This document shows, one piece after another, positions 1 through 7,943 of a stretch of 64,000 nucleotides of DNA. Made by a program: the position numbers and the translations under genes. The notes under the pieces are model-generated. The model did not search any database. It saw only the letters and a list, made by a program, of their open reading frames with translations, and was not told the origin of the DNA. The stretch comes from a virus: the IMG/VR virus record IMGVR_UViG_3300031707_000003, positions 1 to 64,000 of that record; one strand, given 5' to 3'. Position 1 is the first letter of the stretch. Each line of letters begins with the position of its first letter.

Positions 1-2
1 CT

Positions 3-329
3 TGGCAACTCCGCAACCCAGATCGTTTCAAGGCTCAGATGTATAAGAGCCGGTTCAACATCGACTTCAACGCCATGTGGGCTGGTCAAGACGGCCTTTG
101 TGCCTCTTGCGGCGTCCCCATGCAAGAGGGAGGGAAAGACCCTCCCTCTGTTTGCGTCGACCATGACCGAGCCTGTTGTCCCAGCTTGAAGTCCTGCGGC
201 AAATGCGTTCGGGGGCTCATCCACAGGAACTGCAACCTGGTTCTTGGGTACGCCAAAGATAATCTGACCATTCTTCGGTGTGCGATCGAGTACCTGGAGC
301 GGTGGGGGCAGCGGCAACAGCTCATGTGA
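3..329 (+). CDS. Endonuclease VII-like (His-Me finger) protein, probably 5'-truncated
   Basis: CASC...VDHD...CC...CGKCVRGLIHRNCN.VLG..KDN matches the Endo VII pattern CxxC..VDHDH..RGLLCxxCN; frame is open from base 3, first ATG at 39. Confidence 0.85.
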   Translation, partial: WQLRNPDRFKAQMYKSRFNIDFNAMWAGQDGLCASCGVPMQEGGKDPPSVCVDHDRACCPSLKSCGKCVRGLIHRNCNLVLGYAKDNLTILRCAIEYLERWGQRQQLM

Positions 330-342
330 TCGTTCGGACGCG

Positions 343-379
343 GTTCCTTTTATAGCGCCCCTTAGGGCGAAAGAAGGAG
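343..379 (+). promoter_or_regulatory. Promoter-like motif GTTCCTTTTATA plus hairpin able to occlude the RBS of 388
   Basis: TTCCTTTT (344-351) can pair with AGAAGGAG (372-379) around an inner CGCCC-CTTA-GGGCG hairpin. Confidence 0.45.
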
Positions 380-387
380 TCTGAACG

Positions 388-789
388 ATGGCCGCCAAAA
401 ACCAAGTACTCGCCAACTCGCTGCTCAGCGCTGTTCTCCGCAACATCGCGTACACGTCCCCCTCCGGGGTCTTCGCGGGCCTCTTCACGACGGCTCCGAC
501 GCCGGTGACGACGGGTACCGAGGTCACGACGGGTGGTGGCACGCTCTACAACCGCGTTGCCGTGACGTTCGGCGCCCCGGTTGCGGGTGTCTGCCAGAAC
601 TCGGGTGCGGTGACCTTCCCGATCGCGGGCGCTCCGTGGGGTACGGTCGTGGCTGTGGCGATCTGCGACCTCATCACTCCGGGCGGTGGCAATGAGCTGT
701 ACTTCGGCAACCTCACCGTCTCCAAGGTGGTTGGCACCGGGGATCAGGTCTCGTTCGCGATCGGAGCCCTGAGCGTCACCGAGCAGTGA
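388..789 (+). CDS. Small beta-rich virion/fibre subunit, family A copy 1
   Basis: RBS AAGGAG; motifs LRNIAYTSP..GLFT..P, YNRVAVTF, VTFPIAGAPWGTV, GNELYFG; paralogous to 831 and 2456. Confidence 0.75.
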   Translation: MAAKNQVLANSLLSAVLRNIAYTSPSGVFAGLFTTAPTPVTTGTEVTTGGGTLYNRVAVTFGAPVAGVCQNSGAVTFPIAGAPWGTVVAVAICDLITPGGGNELYFGNLTVSKVVGTGDQVSFAIGALSVTEQ

Positions 790-792
790 AAC

Positions 793-828
793 CCTGGGTT
801 CTACCTCTGTAAACGAAGGAGACCCAGG
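793..828 (+). promoter_or_regulatory. Hairpin occluding the RBS of 831
   Basis: CCTGGGT (793-799) pairs with ACCCAGG (822-828) and extends over AAGGAG; pyrimidine-rich TTCTACCTCTGTA lies in the 5' arm/loop. Confidence 0.45.
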
Positions 829-830
829 AG

Positions 831-1223
831 ATGGCTGCTAAATCTCAGTTCCTCAATCAGTCGGTGCTCAACGCCGTGCTCAGGAACGTGTCGTACACGT
901 CCCCGGCCACGGTGTATTGCGCACTCAACACCACGACTTCGACGCCCACCGTGCCGGGCACCGAAGACGCGGACGCGAACTACGCCCGTATCGCTACGAC
1001 CTTTGCGGCCCCATCGGGCAGTAGCGTCTCCAATTCGGGGGTGCTGAACTTCTACGGGGCAGGTCGTGCGGCGAGTTCGGCAACGATCGTCGAAGCGGCG
1101 ATCTATGACGCGCTCGCTGCGGGCAACGAACTCTACTACGGGTCCCTTGCGGTTGCGAAGCTCGTCGGTACGGGCGACACGGCAAGCTTCTCGGCTTCGT
1201 CTTTGACGGTCACCGAAAGCTGA
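831..1223 (+). CDS. Small beta-rich virion/fibre subunit, family A copy 2
   Basis: MAAKSQFLNQSVLNAVLRNVSYTSP...GNELYYG aligns end to end with 388..789. Confidence 0.75.
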   Translation: MAAKSQFLNQSVLNAVLRNVSYTSPATVYCALNTTTSTPTVPGTEDADANYARIATTFAAPSGSSVSNSGVLNFYGAGRAASSATIVEAAIYDALAAGNELYYGSLAVAKLVGTGDTASFSASSLTVTES

Positions 1224-1234
1224 GGGGGTAAGCC

Positions 1235-1813
1235 GTGCCTAACCAGGATCTCGGGTCACTCACAATGCTCGGCGCGGCCTCGATGCCGGCCCCTACGTTG
1301 GGGCTATTCGAATACCTCGCGTCGAGCATGCTGGCGGATTCATCGACCAGTGCGGGCCTCACGGCGAGCTATGCTGTGTCGGCTGCACCTCAAGGTGACT
1401 CTTCGCTTGCCTCGAATGCGGCGCTCCTCCTGGCGGTCCAGGCGGGGATGGTCGGTGACTCCTCGGGTACGATCGCAGGGGCCGTGAGTTACGCCGAGGC
1501 TGCCTCGCTCTTGGCAGACTCGTCGATGACGGCAGACGCCTTCGAGTTCGACGCCGAGACCTTGGATATCACGGCCGATTCGACCTTCGTGTCGAACCTC
1601 TCGGTCCTCCGTGGGTTCCTCGCACAACTTTCAGGCAATTCGGTGTTCTTCATCGATCCCGCTGGGGTCGTGGTGACCAAGATCACCAAGGGACCGCCGA
1701 TCCCCGCAACAGCCAAGCCTCCGACAGTGCCGCAGCTACGGGTCACGCCTCCGGCACCTGGGGCCCCGTCGTACTCCGTGAGTACGAGCCCGCCGCGACG
1801 CACACCCAGATGA
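1235..1813 (+). CDS. Ala/Ser-rich protein with six 20-aa (A/G)-D-S-S repeats and a Pro-rich tail (putative fibre scaffold)
   Basis: ADSS/GDSS/GDSS/ADSS/ADST/GNS recur at exactly 20-residue spacing; GTG start after GAGGGGG. Confidence 0.65.
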   Translation: MPNQDLGSLTMLGAASMPAPTLGLFEYLASSMLADSSTSAGLTASYAVSAAPQGDSSLASNAALLLAVQAGMVGDSSGTIAGAVSYAEAASLLADSSMTADAFEFDAETLDITADSTFVSNLSVLRGFLAQLSGNSVFFIDPAGVVVTKITKGPPIPATAKPPTVPQLRVTPPAPGAPSYSVSTSPPRRTPR

Positions 1814-1825
1814 AATGAGGATCCA

Positions 1826-1999
1826 ATGGCCGTGATCGAACTCAGCGCAGTGATTCAAGGGACGTCTTCGACAATCGTGGGGAGCCAGTTGGCTATGGCT
1901 CTCGCAGCAACGCTTCGTGGCCGTTCTTCCAGCCTCACTCCAGGGTCGGCGCAGCAGCCCCCTCAGGAGCCGGAGAAGCCCAAGAACGAGCAGGGTTGA
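1826..1999 (+). CDS. 57-aa protein with two 20-aa G-x-S-S repeats (not in ORF track)
   Basis: RBS GAGGA at 1817-1821, ATG 1826, TGA 1997-1999; MAVIELSAVIQGTSS...AATLRGRSS, motifs 20 aa apart; fills the gap between neighbours. Confidence 0.65.
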   Translation: MAVIELSAVIQGTSSTIVGSQLAMALAATLRGRSSSLTPGSAQQPPQEPEKPKNEQG

Positions 2000-2002
2000 T
2001 CC

Positions 2003-2407
2003 ATGGCGACGACACGCGGCCGTATCGTTCAAGCGAACCAGGCGGTCCTGGACCAAGTTGACTTCTTTCAGTCAGACGGGTTCACGCGCGTCACGGGTCT
2101 CACGGCGAGCATCCTGATCTCCCAAATCTTCTTCAACAACCTGCTCCAGCCGTGGCCCCTCATCTCAGGCCTTGGGGTTACCGACGCCCAGGTGGTTTCA
2201 GGGAAAATCTACTTCAACGAGATTCCTGGGAGTCCGGGCTTCTACGCCGTGCGCTTCCGACCGAACGCCGTGGGCTTCTGGCGGAATCTTCTGACCTACA
2301 CGGCGGGTACGCAAATTTCGGCTCAGGACTTCGACGTTGTATCCGGCCAACCCGGTGGTGACGGCGGGTTGAGCGCTTCTTTCATCAAGCCTGGAGAGAA
2401 CTGCTGA
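2003..2407 (+). CDS. Ig-like virion protein
   Basis: EIPGSPGFYAVRFRPNAVGFWRNLLTY..QDFDVV resembles the beta-sandwich pattern seen in 7944 C-terminus and 9397 N-terminus. Confidence 0.6.
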   Translation: MATTRGRIVQANQAVLDQVDFFQSDGFTRVTGLTASILISQIFFNNLLQPWPLISGLGVTDAQVVSGKIYFNEIPGSPGFYAVRFRPNAVGFWRNLLTYTAGTQISAQDFDVVSGQPGGDGGLSASFIKPGENC

Positions 2408-2455
2408 CCTTTCGGCCACGAAATCCTTTTATCAAACATCGCTCTTGAGCTGTCG

Positions 2456-2839
2456 ATGCCCAAAACCTACTACCTCGATGGACAAGTCATCAACGCAGCT
2501 TTGCGGGGGGTGCCCTTTGTGCCCCCCGTGGCGTCGTACATCGCGTTGTTCATTGTGTCCCCAACCAAGTCTGGTGGTGGCATCGAGGTGACGGGTGGGT
2601 CGTACAGCCGGCAGCTCATCACCTGGACGGCACCTGTGAACGGGCAGTCGTCCAACACGGGGGACATCATCTTCCCTGTCGCTACGGTCGCGTGGGGAAC
2701 CATCACGTCCTACGCGTTGCTGGACGCCCCTGTTGCGGGGAACATTCTCTACTTCGCTGACTTGAACGCCCCTCGGCTGGTTCAGATCAACGACCAGGTC
2801 AAGTTTCCCACGGGCCAACTCCAGGTCATCGAGGATTAA
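2456..2839 (+). CDS. Small beta-rich virion/fibre subunit, family A copy 3
   Basis: IEVTGGSYSRQLITW, IIFPVATVAWGTIT, GNILYF align with 388 and 831. Confidence 0.75.
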   Translation: MPKTYYLDGQVINAALRGVPFVPPVASYIALFIVSPTKSGGGIEVTGGSYSRQLITWTAPVNGQSSNTGDIIFPVATVAWGTITSYALLDAPVAGNILYFADLNAPRLVQINDQVKFPTGQLQVIED

Positions 2840-3247
2840 GTGGCGAACGCACTCTACGACTTTGGACGCCAAGGGTACCTGGACGGGTCGCTCAACTGGC
2901 TTACGGATGATGTACGGGCGATCCTCGTCGACACCGGGTTGTACACGCCCAACCTCGCGGCGGACCAGTTCTTGGTCACCATCCCGGTTGGGGCTCGCAT
3001 CTCCGTATCGGGATCGCTCACGACCAAGACGGCCACGGCAGGTGTTGCCGACGCTGATGACGTTTCCTTCACGGCCGTTGCAGGGCCGACAGTCGAAGCC
3101 ATCGTGCTCTACAGGCACACGGGAGTGGACGCCACGGCCCGCCTCATCGCCTACATCGACGCGGCTACGGGTCTTCCGTTTCTCCCTTCTGGCGGCAACG
3201 TCGCCATCCAATGGGACAACGGGTCGAACAAGATTTTCAAGTTGTGA
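2840..3247 (+). CDS. Small virion/fibre subunit, family B
   Basis: MANALYDFGRQGYLDGSLNW..VRAILVD..DADDVSF..RLIAYID..LP..PSGGNVAIQWDNG, a pattern typical of phage minor structural proteins; RBS GAGGA. Confidence 0.7.
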   Translation: MANALYDFGRQGYLDGSLNWLTDDVRAILVDTGLYTPNLAADQFLVTIPVGARISVSGSLTTKTATAGVADADDVSFTAVAGPTVEAIVLYRHTGVDATARLIAYIDAATGLPFLPSGGNVAIQWDNGSNKIFKL

Positions 3248-3250
3248 TCA

Positions 3251-3326
3251 ATCTATAAGCCCACTCGGGTGTGAACCCGGACGGCCATATCTATAAGCCC
3301 ACTCGGGTGTGAACCCGGACGGCCAT
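3251..3326. repeat. Perfect 38-bp tandem duplication ATCTATAAGCCCACTCGGGTGTGAACCCGGACGGCCAT
   Basis: Identical copies at 3251-3288 and 3289-3326; each contains a CGGGT-GTGA-ACCCG hairpin. Confidence 0.95.
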
Positions 3327-3383
3327 CTCACTCAACATACCCGTTCGGACCCGGACTCCGATTGAACTTCGAGAGGAACTCCC

Positions 3384-3956
3384 ATGTCTGGTGACCAAAT
3401 CAACACGAACGGAACTCTCGGCGCCGATGCGAAGATCGAGGCCAACAGTGCAGAGCATCTTGGTCAGCGCATCCGGCACTTCTACGCGGTCGAGTGCTAC
3501 GGCCCGGACGGGTCGCTCAAGTGGCAGGACAACTTCGAGAACCTCGTTACGACGGCGGGTCTCAACAAGTACCTCGATGCGACCCTGAAGACCGGCCTCA
3601 CGACTCCGGCCTGGTTCGTCGGGCTCATCACCGGCCCTGGGGCTGGCAACACCTACGCGGCTGCGGACATCATGTCCTCGCACGCGGGCTGGGCCGAGAA
3701 CGTCACCTACTCGAACGGCACTCGTCCGGCGTGGACCCCTGGCACGATCGCTACGGGATCGGTGGACAACTCAGCCTCGAAGGCGATCTTCAACGTCAAC
3801 GGCACTGCCACCATCGCGGGCTGCTTCATGGTCGACAACTCGACCAAGAGCGGCACCACGGGCACCCTTCTTGGGGAGGGCAACTTCACCGGCGGCGATC
3901 GTCTCGTCCAGTCGGGCGACACCCTCAACGTGACGGTGACGGCAACGCAGAGCTGA
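3384..3956 (+). CDS. Virion/fibre subunit, family C
   Basis: RBS GAGGA; ECYGPDGSLKWQDNFENLVTTAGLN..WFVGLI..VQSGDTLNVTVT; related to 56019. Confidence 0.7.
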   Translation: MSGDQINTNGTLGADAKIEANSAEHLGQRIRHFYAVECYGPDGSLKWQDNFENLVTTAGLNKYLDATLKTGLTTPAWFVGLITGPGAGNTYAAADIMSSHAGWAENVTYSNGTRPAWTPGTIATGSVDNSASKAIFNVNGTATIAGCFMVDNSTKSGTTGTLLGEGNFTGGDRLVQSGDTLNVTVTATQS

Positions 3957-3962
3957 TCGTCG

Positions 3963-4394
3963 ATGTCCTTCTATTCTTTGGCTCAGCGCACTACGGCCAC
4001 GACGGTCAACACACCGTCGTGGGAGATCCGTAGTGCTGCGACCAACAAGCCTCGCGTCATCGAGGTGGGACTCTCGCAAAACACCGCCGTGGCAGGTGTT
4101 TATGGGTTGGGTCGTCCGGGGTCTATTGGGGTCACTCCGACAACACCCCAAACATTCGTCAGAGAGGGTGATGCAGGTGCTCCCACGGGACTGACGACGG
4201 CAGCAGTGGCATGGGGCACCGCTCCGACGTCACCGACGAACTTCGACCGTCGTGCATCGCCCGCTGGCACGATCGGGGCCGGGGTCATCTGGACGTTCCC
4301 CCGTGGATTCGAGATGGCTGTCAGCAGCTCGATTGTCATTTGGCTTCTACAGACCTCCCCCGTCTTGGACGTGTGGGCTGTCCTCGACGAGTGA
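3963..4394 (+). CDS. Virion protein, family D copy 1
   Basis: 143 aa, gapless paralog of 4407..4838. Confidence 0.75.
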   Translation: MSFYSLAQRTTATTVNTPSWEIRSAATNKPRVIEVGLSQNTAVAGVYGLGRPGSIGVTPTTPQTFVREGDAGAPTGLTTAAVAWGTAPTSPTNFDRRASPAGTIGAGVIWTFPRGFEMAVSSSIVIWLLQTSPVLDVWAVLDE

Positions 4395-4406
4395 AGGAAA
4401 GAAGTT

Positions 4407-4838
4407 ATGTCCCTCTACGGCCTCTCTCAACGCACCACTGCCACGGCGGCTGCTTCCGCATCGTGGGAGGTCCGCTCCGCTGCGACCAACAAGCCGAAGA
4501 TCATGGAGGTAGGGATCTCGCAGAGCGCCGCCACGGCGGGCGTCTTCGGATTCGGCCGACCCGCCGCGATCGGCGTCACACCCACGGCCCCTCAGAACTT
4601 CGTGGCTGAGGGTGATGCAGGCGCACCTACGTCGCTCTCCACGGCAGCGGTGGCTTGGGGTACGGGTCCAACGGTCCCCACGAACTTCAACCGCCGCGTG
4701 TCGTGCCCCGCCTCCATCGGAGCTGGGGTCATCTGGACATTCCCTCGTGGGTTCGACCTCGCGGTCACCAACAGCTCCGTCGTCTGGATTCTCGCAACCG
4801 CCCCCGTCTGTGACGTGTGGGCTGTCGTGGATGAGTGA
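4407..4838 (+). CDS. Virion protein, family D copy 2
   Basis: 143 aa, about 69% identical to 3963..4394 by hand count; RBS AAGGA. Confidence 0.75.
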   Translation: MSLYGLSQRTTATAAASASWEVRSAATNKPKIMEVGISQSAATAGVFGFGRPAAIGVTPTAPQNFVAEGDAGAPTSLSTAAVAWGTGPTVPTNFNRRVSCPASIGAGVIWTFPRGFDLAVTNSSVVWILATAPVCDVWAVVDE

Positions 4839-4848
4839 GAGGTAGTGA

Positions 4849-5103
4849 ATGGCGAAGCTCGACGGAGGCGACGGTAGGCAGATCACGGCGTGTATCACCA
4901 TCAAGGTGTGGTCGGACGGTGCTATGTCCGTTGAAGGCCCCATCGAGGACACGGCTTGGTGTATCGCGGCTCTCGACAACGCCAAAGACTCCGTACGCAA
5001 CCACAAGATGCGTCGGGACGCTGCGATCATCGTTCCTTCGTACGACCTCTCGATCCCCGATCCCCTTCACCCGTTGAATGGGACGAACGGATCCAAGTCA
5101 TGA
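4849..5103 (+). CDS. Hypothetical protein
   Basis: RBS GAGG; stop overlaps next start (ATGA). Confidence 0.65.
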   Translation: MAKLDGGDGRQITACITIKVWSDGAMSVEGPIEDTAWCIAALDNAKDSVRNHKMRRDAAIIVPSYDLSIPDPLHPLNGTNGSKS

Positions 5104-5594
5104 GCAGCTTTCAAGGTGGGGCCTCTTGGGGAGGTCTTGGTAACGGAGTTCTCGCTTCAACCGTGGACACCGCCATGCCTCCAGATTATTGCTGGAATTT
5201 CCGGGGGCGCCAAGCCTCCACTCCGTGGCAAGAGGGCCTTCTGTGGTCAGCTCCGCGCTTTAACGGTGGCACCAGTGCCCTGTTTGGCCAAGACGCTTCG
5301 GACGCCGGGGTTTGGAGCAGCGTCGATCGTGATTTCGGTTACGACGAAAGCGGCGGCCAGCAGCGCAAGAAGATCATCGGCACTTGCCGTGATGATACAG
5401 GTGCCGCACTTGGGAGTTGTTTGGTTCAGGGCCTCCGAACAAGCGACGACGCGGACGCGGGCTCGATGACATGTGACTCCGGCGGTTACTTCGAGTTCTG
5501 CACTCAGTACACACAAGCGCACTACCTTGTGGCCTACAAGGCGGGTTCCCCTGATGTTGCAGGGACAACGGTGAACACTCTCGTTGGGGTGTGA
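5100..5594 (+). CDS. Virion protein with C-terminal transthyretin/carboxypeptidase-regulatory-like beta domain
   Basis: IIGTCRDDTGAALGSCLVQGLRT...TCDSGGYFEF pattern; start moved to ATG 5100 (ATGA overlap). Confidence 0.55.
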   Translation: MSSFQGGASWGGLGNGVLASTVDTAMPPDYCWNFRGRQASTPWQEGLLWSAPRFNGGTSALFGQDASDAGVWSSVDRDFGYDESGGQQRKKIIGTCRDDTGAALGSCLVQGLRTSDDADAGSMTCDSGGYFEFCTQYTQAHYLVAYKAGSPDVAGTTVNTLVGV

Positions 5595-5597
5595 GCT

Positions 5598-7931
5598 ATG
5601 GTAGCGGCCGATGTCACCCTGAGACAAACAGGGCTAGACGGGCCGAATGATGTTCGGCTCTATCCTCTTGCTCAAGATGATGCGGGTGTCCTGAGTATCG
5701 TTCTGTTCTCGACGGCCACGCCGTTCGGACCGAACGATGTGTTGCTCTCGATTGTAACCCCATCAAAAATCAACCTCATCCCCACGCAGACCTTGGTGGG
5801 GACGTCGGCCTTGGTTCTTACCAATACGGCCGATGCGGTCGCCGATCAGCTCTTCGCGCAGACGGCTGCCGTTGCCCTAACGAACGCTCTCGACATCCCC
5901 GCGTCCCAGACGTTGGCGGTAACGGCTGCGGTTATCCTAGACGGGCAACGGGGTCTCTTTTACGACTTGACCTTTGGGGGTACGGCGGGCTGGACTACCT
6001 CGAACACGCTCGATGCGCTGGGGAGCCTCTCGCTACCCACGACGGCCGCCCTTGTCCAGACGAACCTTCTCGACGCTGCGGCATCCCAGGCCCTTGGGGT
6101 TACTGCGGACTGGACTACTTCGGACACGCTCGACGCTCAGGCCACCCAAACGTTGGCGGGGACGAGCGCTTTCGTTCCGACGAATGTTCTCGACGCTCAG
6201 GCGTCTCAAACTCTCGCTCAGACGGCTGCGGTCATCCTAGACGGGCAACGCGGCCTCTTCTACAGCGTGTCCTTTGGGAGCACTGCGGGCTGGACTACTT
6301 CGGACACGCTCGATGCGGCGGCGAACACAGCGTTCGCTTCACATCCTGATGCCATTGAAGGGGACACTTCAACCTTCAACCTCCTGAATTCTTTCAACGC
6401 GACGGCTGTTTGGTTCGCTACAAATACGGTCGACGCGCAAGGGGCTTTCACGCTCCCTTCAACGGGCGCCTTCGTTCCCTCGGACACCCTCACCGCGCAA
6501 GGGGCTTTCACGCTCCCCTCGACGGCTGCCTTCGTCACTTCGGACACGCTCGATGTTCAGGCCACCCAGACGTTGGCAGGGACGGCTGCCTTCGTCACTT
6601 CGGACACGCTCGACGCTCAGGCGTCTCAGACGTTGGCGGCAACGGCTGCGGTCATCCTAGACGGACAACGCGGCCTCTTCTACAGCGTCTCCTTTGGGGG
6701 TACTGCGGGTTGGACGGGGTCCGGTCAACTCGATGCGTTAGGCAGTCTCTCGCTACCCACGACGAGCGCTTTCGTCACCTCGGACACCCTCACCGCCCAA
6801 GCGTCTCAGACGTTGGGGGTGGTTGCTGGGTTCGTGTCTACCACACAATTGGACGCAGCAGCATCCACGCTGTTGAGCGCTCTGTCGACCGTAACTTCTA
6901 CGGGGGGTCTCGTTTTCCAGGCAGCTTTCGTCTTCACTTCGGCGGCGGGCTTTGTTGCAGCTCGGTCGCTGAGCTTCGATAGCGCGTTGACCTTTGGTTC
7001 AACAGGGGTGTTGTCTCCGGCCTCCCAACTTGATGCTGCGGCGGCCACGGCATTTGCTTCGCACCCTGATGCCATTGAAGGGCAGACCTCAACCTTCAAT
7101 CTCCTGAACTCGTTCGCGACGACGGCGGTTTGGTTCACAGACATCACGGTCGGCGTGTTCGCGTCGATCACGTTGAACCAGACGGGCGCCTTCGTTCCGA
7201 CGGGCCAGCTCGACGCGCTCGGGAGCACCTTGTTGACCTCGGCGGGCGCTCTTGGGCTAACAAATAAGCTCGACGCGCTCGGTAACATCACGCTGAGCCA
7301 AACGAGTGCATGGGCGGGGGATACCGTAACCCCCCACCAGGTTTCGATGGCTCTAGGAGCCATCGGAGGGTTCACTGCGGCGGCAACTATAGGGGCTCAG
7401 GGCCAAACGACCCTGCTAGCGAGCGCGGGGTACGCAACGGCCGTTCAAGCTGACGTGCCTGTGTTCCTAGGGCTGCACCAGACAAGTACCTGGAGTGCGG
7501 GGCGGACGTTGGATATTTCCCCCGTCACGTCTTTCTCGGCCTCACCGGCGGTCTATTTTGACCTCGATACGCTCATCATCCCGGTCTCGATCATTTCGGG
7601 AGAGGTGTTCGGATCAGCTACTTTCTCGATGCTAATGTTTCCGTTGGGGGTGGTTTCCGCTCAAGCGTTCGGACAACCCACCCAAGAGTTCAACCTCACA
7701 GCCGCTTTGGTTGCACCCACGGGGATCCCGTCTAGCGAGTCGTTTGGCACCCCGACCCAGAGCTTCACCCTTAGCGATTTCGTGCACACCGTGACTTTCG
7801 TTGGAATTCCAACGAAAGAGACCTTCGGAGCCCCCGTGGTTGTTTATACGCCTGTGACTATGAAACCTATGGGGATCCCGTCTGGTGAATCGTTTGGTAC
7901 GCCATCTCAAGCACGCATTCTGACTGCCTAG
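5598..7931 (+). CDS. Long Thr/Ala-rich repeat protein (putative fibre scaffold): 20-aa TLDA repeats then GIPSxExFG repeats
   Basis: 777 aa; TSDTLDAQASQTLAxTAA units in strict 20-aa register; five (G/S)(I/V)xSxExFG units at the C-terminus. Confidence 0.8.
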   Translation: MVAADVTLRQTGLDGPNDVRLYPLAQDDAGVLSIVLFSTATPFGPNDVLLSIVTPSKINLIPTQTLVGTSALVLTNTADAVADQLFAQTAAVALTNALDIPASQTLAVTAAVILDGQRGLFYDLTFGGTAGWTTSNTLDALGSLSLPTTAALVQTNLLDAAASQALGVTADWTTSDTLDAQATQTLAGTSAFVPTNVLDAQASQTLAQTAAVILDGQRGLFYSVSFGSTAGWTTSDTLDAAANTAFASHPDAIEGDTSTFNLLNSFNATAVWFATNTVDAQGAFTLPSTGAFVPSDTLTAQGAFTLPSTAAFVTSDTLDVQATQTLAGTAAFVTSDTLDAQASQTLAATAAVILDGQRGLFYSVSFGGTAGWTGSGQLDALGSLSLPTTSAFVTSDTLTAQASQTLGVVAGFVSTTQLDAAASTLLSALSTVTSTGGLVFQAAFVFTSAAGFVAARSLSFDSALTFGSTGVLSPASQLDAAAATAFASHPDAIEGQTSTFNLLNSFATTAVWFTDITVGVFASITLNQTGAFVPTGQLDALGSTLLTSAGALGLTNKLDALGNITLSQTSAWAGDTVTPHQVSMALGAIGGFTAAATIGAQGQTTLLASAGYATAVQADVPVFLGLHQTSTWSAGRTLDISPVTSFSASPAVYFDLDTLIIPVSIISGEVFGSATFSMLMFPLGVVSAQAFGQPTQEFNLTAALVAPTGIPSSESFGTPTQSFTLSDFVHTVTFVGIPTKETFGAPVVVYTPVTMKPMGIPSGESFGTPSQARILTA
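5790..7320 (+). repeat. Intragenic 60-bp-register mosaic repeat array
   Basis: ATCCTAGACGG(G/A)CAACG blocks near 5935, 6235 and 6655 (offsets 300 and 420); CA(T/C)CCTGATGCCATTGAAGG near 6342 and 7062 (offset 720); all multiples of 60. Confidence 0.85.
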
Positions 7932-7943
7932 AAGGATTACTCC

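Noticed and set aside
3251-3326. Possible CRISPR mini-array
   Set aside because: Two repeats abut with no spacer and there are no cas genes
3963-4838. Possible DGR template/variable repeat pair
   Set aside because: Both are full ORFs, substitutions involve all bases, and no reverse transcriptase is in the window
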